64,000 nucleotides of DNA, from NCBI GenBank assembly GCA_965198285.1, contig OZ240251.1, forward strand, positions 3,445,752 to 3,509,751. The letters run 5' to 3'. Below are positions 55,724 to 64,000 of the stretch, piece after piece. A program made the position numbers and the translations under genes. Each line of letters begins with the position of its first letter. The first letter of the stretch is position 1. Source of the stretch: Chloroflexota bacterium (lineage in GTDB: Bacteria; Chloroflexota; UBA11872). The notes under the pieces were generated by a model, which worked only from the letters and a program-made list of their open reading frames with translations, had not been told where the DNA came from and made no database searches.

Positions 55724-56938
55724 TTGAATGCGAGGCTGCCGTTGCCTGAATCCCGGTCGCCCGTGGTGGTGATCTGCGCCGACGGCACAGAGCCAGCCTA
55801 CGTGGACGCGGCGATCGACCATGGGTGCATGCCCACGCTGGCCCGCTTCCAACGTGAGGGCGCGTATCACCTGGTCCCGGCGGCGATTCCATCGTTCACC
55901 AACCCCAACAACATGACCATCGTCACCGGCCGGCCGCCCGCCGCGCACGGCATTTCCGGCAACTACTTTTACGACGCCAAGCGCGAGGCGGAAGTGATGA
56001 TGGACCACCCGCGCTTCTTGCGCTGCGAGTCTTTGTTCGCCCGGTACAGCCAGGAAGGCCGCCGCGTGGCGGCTATCACGGCCAAGGACAAGCTGCGCAC
56101 CATGCTGGCCACAGGCTGGCGCGGCATCTGCTTCTCCGGCGAGTTGGCGCACGAGACAACCGAGCAGGAGCATGGCATTGCGGGTGTCACCCGGCGCATG
56201 GGCCGGGACAACCCCGACATTTACTCAGGCCGCATGAGCGACTTCGTGATGGCCGGCGGCGTCTACCTCGTGCGCGAGCGACTGGCTGACCTGCTCTATC
56301 TATCGCTCACGGATTTCGTGCAGCACACCCATGCGCCCGGCTCGCCCGAGGCCGACGCCTTCTACACGTCGCTCGACCACCGCCTGGCCGAGCTCGACGC
56401 GCTGGGGGCCGTGATCCTGCTGACCGCCGACCACGGCATGAATGACAAATGCCATCCCGACGGCACGCCCAACATTGTCTACCTGGAAACGCTGCTGGAC
56501 GGGGCGGTGCCCGGGCCGTTCCGGGTGGTGCTGCCGGTGACCGATCCGCACGTGACGCACCACGCCGGCCTCGGGTCGTTTGCCACCGTCCATCTGCCGC
56601 CCGATCAGGTGGATGCGGCCATCCGGCGTCTGCGCGACGACGCGCGCATCGACGAGGCCCTGCCCCGCGCCGAAGCCGCAAGAAAGTACGAGCTGCCGGG
56701 CGACCGCATCGGCGACATCGTTCTGCTCAGCGATCGCGGCTCCGTCCTGGGCCGAGCGCCCGGCGCACACGATCTATCGGTCCTGAGCGCCTCCCGCCTG
56801 CGCTCCCACGGCGGCCTGCACGAAGTAACCGTGCCCTTCGCGTCGAATCGCCGGCTGACACCTGAGGTCGAAGCGCGAGCGGCCACACTGCGCAACGCCG
56901 ACGCCTTCCCTATCGCAATGGACGGGCTGCAGATCTAG
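55724..56938 (+). CDS. alkaline-phosphatase-superfamily hydrolase (phosphonoacetate hydrolase PhnA / nucleotide pyrophosphatase-like)
   Basis: 404 aa with a TTG start in the ORF track. It has the metal-site blocks VVICADGTEP, ...TADHGM..., and HGG. Confidence 0.55.
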   Translation: MNARLPLPESRSPVVVICADGTEPAYVDAAIDHGCMPTLARFQREGAYHLVPAAIPSFTNPNNMTIVTGRPPAAHGISGNYFYDAKREAEVMMDHPRFLRCESLFARYSQEGRRVAAITAKDKLRTMLATGWRGICFSGELAHETTEQEHGIAGVTRRMGRDNPDIYSGRMSDFVMAGGVYLVRERLADLLYLSLTDFVQHTHAPGSPEADAFYTSLDHRLAELDALGAVILLTADHGMNDKCHPDGTPNIVYLETLLDGAVPGPFRVVLPVTDPHVTHHAGLGSFATVHLPPDQVDAAIRRLRDDARIDEALPRAEAARKYELPGDRIGDIVLLSDRGSVLGRAPGAHDLSVLSASRLRSHGGLHEVTVPFASNRRLTPEVEARAATLRNADAFPIAMDGLQI

Positions 56939-56989
56939 GCGAGCGTTCACCGCATGCGGCCGTGCGGCGGCCATGGCACTCTCGACTGA

Positions 56990-58260
<1,271 letters not shown>

Positions 58261-58427
58261 CCAGATTGAGTCCGGGGCCGGTTATTCCTCCCCTGGCAAG
58301 AGGCGAAGCGCGGCGCAGTCCATAAGTGCTCGCCATGGCCACACCGTTGCCGGCGTGCGGGATTGGAACTCGTCTCATTCGGCGCATGAATAGCTGACAC
58401 AACTCTTATACTTGCCGGGGACTCTAC

Positions 58428-60713
58428 ATGGTCCCTCGGCAAAGTGTGGACGCCGTGCGGGTAGTGAGGCGGCTGTTCATCACCGCGCTGGTTGGCGTGC
58501 TGCTCGCGGCGTTGACGCCGTCGGTGGGCGCGGTGGGGTGCGGCGGGATTGACTTAGAGGGCGGGTGCCTGTTCACCGTGACCGGCGGCGATACGCCGGA
58601 CCCGGATGACGGGTTTGCGGTGACGAATGCCGACGACGTGCCGCTTTGGGACTTTGTGCAGGCGCGCGACCTGGACGCGCTGGGCTATCCGATCAGCCAG
58701 CGTTGGACGGACGGGCCGTTCACGCTGCAGGCGTTTCAGAAGGTGATCCTGCAGTGGGACCCGGGCGAGCGGCGGATGAACTTCTACAACACGCTGGACG
58801 CACTGGCGAACCGCTATCCCGAGGTCGCGCTGCCGTTCGTGCCGGTCCACCAGGTGCTGGAAATGGATGCCGGCGCGGACTTTAGGACGGTGACGCGGAA
58901 CCACCTGGCGTTGCTGGAGGAGAACCCGGCGATCAAGGCGCGGTTCCTGGCGGAGCCGGACTGGTTGAACCTGTACGGGTTGCCCATCCGGTACGAGGAG
59001 CGGGCGGTCGAGGGGAACCCGCAAGGGGTGCAGTTGCTGCGCACGCAGCGGACGGTGTTCGCGGTGTGGAACGTGCCGGCGCCGGGGACGACGATCGGGC
59101 AGGTGCTGCTGCAGAACGTGCCGGACCAGGTGAAGAAGCTGCGCGACGTCATCGTTCCGGATTACGTGAAGCGGCCCGTCCGGGAAATCGACGATATCGA
59201 CACCGAAGTGGCTGCGGCCATCGACGCGTTGCCGTGGACGACGGATGGCGTGAGTCCCCTGGAGCGGGCTGCCATCCAGCGCCTGGTACGCATTGCGCAA
59301 CACTTCCCCGACCTGTTTTGGTATCTCGTCGGCGAGATGGAGCTGTTCGCGAGTGTCCTCTCTACCGTCACCAAGCCACTCCACAGTCCGCTGACCGCGA
59401 CCATCCCGGACAGTCTTGACGTGGTCTTTGACATTGCCAGCCTCCCGTGGATCCGGGACGGCCTCACAGATCTCGAGGACCTGACCGCACGGACGCTGTA
59501 CGACAGCGCCTTCGGGTGGCCCGTGACCATTGCGGCCCTCTTGCAACGGGATTGGCTGCACGATGGCCTCAGCCACGATGAACAGGGCGTTCTTGATGAA
59601 ATGTACAGAACCGTACTTTCAGACTCGCCGTATGCCAATAACCGGCAAGAGAGTGATCACCTCGTGGCACGACTTGTCGCGATGCCATTTATGGATACAA
59701 TTGAGGGTTTTGAGGGGGACATATTTTATAGCTTGCGCCGAGTGTACGGCATCGGATACGACACACCGGAACATCTCGACGCTACCGAAGGTATCGTGTC
59801 ATATATAGGCTCAAAAGGTGGCCTTACGGATGACCACGCTCTCATCCTCATGATTCACGGCAGGGATCAGCAATATGAAGACAGCATTACGGATCCCCAC
59901 GATCCTCGGCAATTCGACCAATATCTTGTCGATCCCGCGAGTCGAGGGATAACGATAGAGCGTCGCCAGATTTCGCTACCGGTGTCTGGTCCAACGCAAC
60001 TGATCGTGCTACGGGACGTACCGGTATCCGCGCAGACCATGGATGTCTTTGAGGAAGCCGTTCGTGCCGTCGAGCAGATCATGGGGGTGCCATTTCCGAC
60101 GAAGAACATCGGCGTTAGAATAACACCGCGCTCTGGAAGTAGTGGGGGGACACCGTTTATTACGGTGGGCGGCAGGCACTTTCCAACTGGAGAGATAAAC
60201 CTCCGTCTGCGATCAGTTTTTGTGCACGAATTAGGGCATCAGTTTTGGAACGGGTCAGCGGATTGGATTGACGAGGGCGCCGCGATGTTCCTCCAAGTAC
60301 GATCCGGGACCATGACCTTAGATGAATTGGAGTGGAGGCGCACTCACTGTGAAGTGAACAGGCTGGCCGACCTTCATTCCATTTGGCCAAGATGGACCGA
60401 CTGTCCATACTCGCTTGGAGCTAGTTTATTTGTTGATCTTTACGATGCGTTAGGACACTCTGAGTTTCAGAGGAGATTTAGCAAACTGTATCAAATGGTC
60501 CGTACCCTTGGTAATAAATACTACAAATACAGTATTGGCAATGTATGGGGTAGCGTAGCCCGCTATTGCTTCAGTTGCGGCTGTGACTATTGCGGCGGAG
60601 AGGATCCCTCGGTCTACCATGTTCGGCGTGCCTTCGTCGATGAGAGCGATCCGGCGACAGCGGCGACGGCCAACCACATCATTTGGCACTGGTACTACGA
60701 TCGGGGTCAGTAA
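58428..60713 (+). CDS. secreted zinc metalloprotease (HExxH), N-terminal domain shared with the M23 peptidase gene
   Basis: 761 aa with a signal-like N-terminus. Residues about 50-250 align with 39706..41457 (YPISQRW..FTLQAFQKVILQWD..NHLALLEENP...). The C-terminus has HELGHQF...WIDEGAAMF, an HExxH plus downstream Glu (gluzincin-like). The 3' half has about 50% GC against about 66% for the 5' half. Confidence 0.55.
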   Translation: MVPRQSVDAVRVVRRLFITALVGVLLAALTPSVGAVGCGGIDLEGGCLFTVTGGDTPDPDDGFAVTNADDVPLWDFVQARDLDALGYPISQRWTDGPFTLQAFQKVILQWDPGERRMNFYNTLDALANRYPEVALPFVPVHQVLEMDAGADFRTVTRNHLALLEENPAIKARFLAEPDWLNLYGLPIRYEERAVEGNPQGVQLLRTQRTVFAVWNVPAPGTTIGQVLLQNVPDQVKKLRDVIVPDYVKRPVREIDDIDTEVAAAIDALPWTTDGVSPLERAAIQRLVRIAQHFPDLFWYLVGEMELFASVLSTVTKPLHSPLTATIPDSLDVVFDIASLPWIRDGLTDLEDLTARTLYDSAFGWPVTIAALLQRDWLHDGLSHDEQGVLDEMYRTVLSDSPYANNRQESDHLVARLVAMPFMDTIEGFEGDIFYSLRRVYGIGYDTPEHLDATEGIVSYIGSKGGLTDDHALILMIHGRDQQYEDSITDPHDPRQFDQYLVDPASRGITIERRQISLPVSGPTQLIVLRDVPVSAQTMDVFEEAVRAVEQIMGVPFPTKNIGVRITPRSGSSGGTPFITVGGRHFPTGEINLRLRSVFVHELGHQFWNGSADWIDEGAAMFLQVRSGTMTLDELEWRRTHCEVNRLADLHSIWPRWTDCPYSLGASLFVDLYDALGHSEFQRRFSKLYQMVRTLGNKYYKYSIGNVWGSVARYCFSCGCDYCGGEDPSVYHVRRAFVDESDPATAATANHIIWHWYYDRGQ

Positions 60714-60940
60714 GTCGTGGCGAACGTCGGGGCCGGCGCCACCGCGACTCAGCGCTCTCGGGCAGGCCGCGGGGAGAGGGTTAGCAGCGGCGTCTCCTAG
60801 AACAGTCTCACACCGCCGACCGCTGCTCCCCCTCAGGCAAGGGGGCCAAAGACGACGATTCGCTCCCGAGGCAAGGAAGCTTATGCGCGTGTTTCAGCTC
60901 CCGAGGTCGGGCTGGAGCTGGCTTCGGTTGGAATTGTCCT

Positions 60941-61819
60941 TTACGCCGTGACAGGGACTTCGAGGAAGTCCTTGCCGAGGGTGATGGGGCCGGGGAAGTT
61001 GGCGTGGGCTTCGGCGAGCATGGCGGACTTGCGTTCGGTGTCGTCGGCGGTGTCGCCGAGGTGGACGAGGACGAGCTGCTTGACGCCGGCCTGGGCGGCG
61101 ATGCGGGCCGCGCCGGCGGCGCCGGTGCAGCTGGTGGCGATCTCGGGCCAGGTGTCGATGTCGTCCTGGAGGTCCATGGCCATGTGCACGAGCAGGTCGG
61201 CGTCGCGGGCGAAGTCGGCCAAGGCCGGTAACGGCCTGGTGTCGCCTGAGATGACGACGGAGGCCGACGGGGTCTGGATGCGATACGACAGCGAGGTGAG
61301 GTAGGGCTGGACGTGGCGGGCGGGGCCGGTGGTGATCGTCCAGAGGTCGCTAAGGACGGAGTCGCCCTCTTCAAGTTCGCGCACGTTCAGGGCGGGAAGC
61401 GTGCGGGGCATGGGTCCGCCGCGTAGCTGGTGGATGCGCTGGCTGAGGGGGTGGCGGGTGCGCGCTTGGAGGTCGGGGCCGTAGACGCCTTCGGAGCCGA
61501 AGAGCAGCTCGACGATGCGGCGCAGCGGGGGCGGTCCGTAGACGGAGAGGGCATCGCCGGCGCCCGCGCCCTGGTCCCAGCGCGCCATGACGAAGTGACC
61601 AAAGTCGGCCATGTGGTCGAAGTGGTGGTGGGTGAAGAAGAGCTGGTCGATTTCCAGGGGGTCGATTGGCGATGCGAAGAGGTTCATGGCGGAGCCGGGT
61701 CCGAGGTCGAAGATTGCGCCGGCGCCATCGGAAATAACCGCGATGGACTGGCCGGCGCGATGGGCGCGCGGGGTTGGGTTGCCGGTACCGAGGAGGACGA
61801 GGCGCAGGTCGGTGCTCAT
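60941..61819 (-). CDS. MBL-fold metallo-hydrolase (RNase Z / beta-lactamase-like)
   Basis: 292 aa. It has the HxHxDH motif FTHHHFDHMADFGH and downstream His/Asp ligands. Confidence 0.7.
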   Translation of the reverse strand: MSTDLRLVLLGTGNPTPRAHRAGQSIAVISDGAGAIFDLGPGSAMNLFASPIDPLEIDQLFFTHHHFDHMADFGHFVMARWDQGAGAGDALSVYGPPPLRRIVELLFGSEGVYGPDLQARTRHPLSQRIHQLRGGPMPRTLPALNVRELEEGDSVLSDLWTITTGPARHVQPYLTSLSYRIQTPSASVVISGDTRPLPALADFARDADLLVHMAMDLQDDIDTWPEIATSCTGAAGAARIAAQAGVKQLVLVHLGDTADDTERKSAMLAEAHANFPGPITLGKDFLEVPVTA

Positions 61820-61867
61820 GGCGTGTCAGATGTGGAGACCATTGCGAAACCCGCGGGTAGGTTGCCC

Positions 61868-61920
61868 GGAAGACCCTCACCCCGACCCTCTCCCAGAGGG
61901 AGAGGGAGTAAGAGCCGCCA
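61868..61920. repeat. solitary copy of the hairpin repeat family seen at 18.6-19.05 kb
   Basis: GACCCTCACCCCGACCCTCTCCC-AGA-GGGAGAGGGAGTAAGAGCCGCCAC. It has a 9-bp perfect stem and is collinear with the GACCCCTCACC...CCTCTCCCCTCGGAGAGGGTGAAGAGCCGG unit. Confidence 0.5.
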
Positions 61921-61955
61921 CACCTTCAAGGTCGAGGAAGCGTTATGCAAAGGTC

Positions 61956-62549
61956 TCATGTGGGGAAGCGGAGGCCGAATTCGCGGCCGGAGTCTTCGAG
62001 CCAGGCGGCGACGTAGGGGGCGAAGCTGCGGCGGACGAGGATGTCGATGGTGGGCGCGGCGTCGACGGCCACGAGCAGCGCCTGGGCGCGGGCCAGCAGG
62101 GTCTGGACGCAGGCGCCGGGTGGGAAGGTCGATGGATCGAGATTGAGCGCGCAGCCGCGGGCAAGGACGGCGCAGGTGGCAGGGCCGCGCAGGCGGATGA
62201 CGGTCTGGCCGGCGCTTATGTCAACCACGGAGGCGAATCGGCCGGTCAGTGCAGCTTGTAACTCGGCAACTACGGCGTTGGGCTCGTTTTGATCGGCGAG
62301 CAGGAGCCACTCGTCGGGTCCGAGCCAGATGGCCAGCAGTCCATCGCCCTGGGCGGTGGTGTTGGGCGTAAGCGGCAGGGCGACACCGAGCACCCGTCGG
62401 ACGGAATCAAGCGCTTCGACGTCGTTAGGGTCAATTCGCAGGTTGACGTGGGTGAGGAAGGGGCGTTCGAAGAGTCGGCAGTTCGGTCGAGGCGTGTCAG
62501 CCGCGTGAACGGAGCCGAGCGGTGAGCGGCGCTGTGCGCGGTTAGACAT
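61956..62549 (-). CDS. soxG: sarcosine oxidase gamma subunit
   Basis: 197 aa. The pattern VDISAGQTVIRLRGP ... and its overall length match SoxG. It is immediately downstream of soxA. Confidence 0.65.
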   Translation of the reverse strand: MSNRAQRRSPLGSVHAADTPRPNCRLFERPFLTHVNLRIDPNDVEALDSVRRVLGVALPLTPNTTAQGDGLLAIWLGPDEWLLLADQNEPNAVVAELQAALTGRFASVVDISAGQTVIRLRGPATCAVLARGCALNLDPSTFPPGACVQTLLARAQALLVAVDAAPTIDILVRRSFAPYVAAWLEDSGREFGLRFPT

Positions 62550-64000
62550 GCTGGCGGGCGCCTTCGGGGTCGTAGAAGACGGGGTTGCAGCTGCGGGCGG
62601 GGAGCCAGTGTTCGTCGTCGAGGGTGGCTACGTAGAGGCGCTCGCCGAGGGCGGCGCGGCCGCCGGCGACCATGGCGAGGGCGATGGAGCGGCCAAGGAC
62701 AGGGCTGAAGTAGCTGGAGGTGACGTGGCCGCGCATGGGTAGGGGGCGCTGATGGCTCGGCGCGTCCACCACGTGGCCGCCTTCGGGCAAGACCTGGTCG
62801 GGGTCGTCGGTGAGCAGGCCTACGAGTTGCTTGCGGTCGGGGCGAACGGAATCGGGGCGGCTGAGGGAGCGTTTGCCGAGGAAGTCCTTGCGTCGAGAGA
62901 GCAGGCGTCCCAGGCCGACATCGACGGGCGTGACCGAGCCGTCGGTTTCCTGGCCGACGATGATGAAGCCCTTTTCGGCGCGCAAGACGTGCATGGTCTC
63001 GGTGCCATAGGGCGTTATGCCAAACGGCCGGCCGGCGTCGACCAGCGCCTTCCAGACGTGCAAAGCCCGGTCGGCGGCGATGTTGATTTCGTAGGAGAGT
63101 TCGCCGCTGAAGCTGACGCGGAACACGCGAGCGGGGATTCCGGCAACCGTCCCCTGGCGGAAGTTCATGAAGGGGAAGTCGTCGCGGCCGAGCGGGATGT
63201 CGGTGCCCGCGGCATCCAGCACGTCGCGGCTGCGTGGGCCGGCCAGGGCGATATTGGACCACTGTTCCGAGACGGAGGTCAGGTAGACGCGTAGGTCCGG
63301 CCACTCGGTCTGTAGCCACTGTTCGATCCAGGCCAGCACGGTAGCTGCATTGGAGGTGCTGGTGAACATGAGGTAGCGCTGGTCGTCGAGGCGAGCGGTC
63401 ACGCCGTCGTCGAGGATCATGCCGTCTTCGCCGAGCATGAGGCCGTAGCGGCAACGGCCGGGGCGGAGGCGCTTCCAGGCATTTGTGGAGACGCGGTCGA
63501 GAAACTCGCCGGCGTCGGGGCCGGTGATCTCGATCTTGCCGAGGGTGGAGTAGTCGAGGATGCCGACGCGGTTGCGGACGGCCAGGCACTCGCGGGCGAC
63601 GGCTTCGTGCATGGATTCGCCGGGGTGGGGGTAGTACCAGGCACGACGCCACTGGCCGACGTTCTCGAAGCGCGCGCCGGCGGCTTCGTGCCATGCCTGC
63701 ATGGGGGTCACACGGACAGGGTCGGCCAGGGGTCCGATGTGGCGTCCGGCGATGGAACCGAGGGATACGGGGGTGTAGGCCGGCCGATAGCGCGGGGTGC
63801 CCACGGAGGCCGGATCCTGGCCGAGCAGCTCCGCGATGACGCCGGTGGCGAGCGAATTAGCGAGCTTGCCCTGATCGGGCCCCATGCCGAGGGTGGTGTA
63901 GCGCTTGATGTGCTCGATGGATTCGAAGCCTTCGCGGAGGGAAAGGCGAAGGTCGTCGATGGTGACGTCTTCGTGCAGGTCGACGAATTGCGGCTTGATA
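62542..64000 (-). CDS. soxA: sarcosine oxidase alpha subunit, 3' portion (gene continues beyond window end)
   Basis: The ORF track starts at Met 63885, but the minus-strand frame stays open to position 64000 (...IKPQFVDLHEDVTIDDLRLSLREGFESIEHIKRYTTLGMGPDQGK...). The YTTLGMGPDQGK motif and the C-terminal GcvT-like domain identify SoxA, with the N-terminal FAD/NAD domains off-window. Confidence 0.75.
   Translation of the reverse strand, partial: IKPQFVDLHEDVTIDDLRLSLREGFESIEHIKRYTTLGMGPDQGKLANSLATGVIAELLGQDPASVGTPRYRPAYTPVSLGSIAGRHIGPLADPVRVTPMQAWHEAAGARFENVGQWRRAWYYPHPGESMHEAVARECLAVRNRVGILDYSTLGKIEITGPDAGEFLDRVSTNAWKRLRPGRCRYGLMLGEDGMILDDGVTARLDDQRYLMFTSTSNAATVLAWIEQWLQTEWPDLRVYLTSVSEQWSNIALAGPRSRDVLDAAGTDIPLGRDDFPFMNFRQGTVAGIPARVFRVSFSGELSYEINIAADRALHVWKALVDAGRPFGITPYGTETMHVLRAEKGFIIVGQETDGSVTPVDVGLGRLLSRRKDFLGKRSLSRPDSVRPDRKQLVGLLTDDPDQVLPEGGHVVDAPSHQRPLPMRGHVTSSYFSPVLGRSIALAMVAGGRAALGERLYVATLDDEHWLPARSCNPVFYDPEGARQHV

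Overview
High-GC (roughly 65-70% by eye) bacterial chromosomal segment. The core is ordinary small-molecule catabolism, interrupted near 18.1-26.5 kb by a compositionally heterogeneous, repeat-bounded insertion that looks like a defense island.

Core content:
- Glycine-betaine demethylation (dimethylglycine to sarcosine to glycine): a dimethylglycine/sarcosine-dehydrogenase-like fusion (8504..10972) with a lower-GC GcvT-family aminomethyltransferase (7101..8342), and soxG plus a soxA that runs off the right edge (61956..64000).
- An aldehyde/aldolase/enolase-superfamily/SDR catabolic cluster (11.8-18 kb), with paralogous HpcH aldolase and SDR genes on the far side of the island (26.5-28 kb).
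- A sulfatase, an MDR oxidoreductase, and a zur-znuACB zinc-uptake operon with candidate Zur boxes.
- Secreted M23 and HExxH peptidases that share an N-terminal domain.
- An exopolysaccharide cluster (GT-C-like membrane protein, two GT4s, a WbaP-type sugar transferase, two tandem Wzz-like proteins and a BY-kinase-like ATPase with a degenerate P-loop).
- An IS110-family insertion sequence, a RelE toxin and a Phd antitoxin in head-to-head orientation, a degraded second RelE, and five tRNAs (Leu-CAA, Trp-CCA, Asn-GUU, Val-CAC, Arg-UCG).

The main candidate:
- The ~8 kb region 18.1-26.5 kb sits between two paralogous SDR genes and is bounded by imperfect direct repeats.
- Inside are ~114-bp hairpin-bearing tandem repeats of a family also seen beside the IS110 and at 61.9 kb, and two six-unit arrays of 21-22 bp iteron-like direct repeats.
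- There is a low-GC (~45-50%) gene for a 536-aa TPR protein with a C-terminal R-x4-H motif, consistent with HEPN.
- Convergent with it is a 1340-aa MmeI-like Type IIG restriction-modification fusion with no separate methylase.
- A truncated fragment resembling the N-terminus of a minimal nucleotidyltransferase lies between the two genes.
- I read this as a candidate HEPN/Type IIG defense module. It is unconfirmed without profile searches.

All coordinates for small motifs are approximate, to within 1-2 nt.
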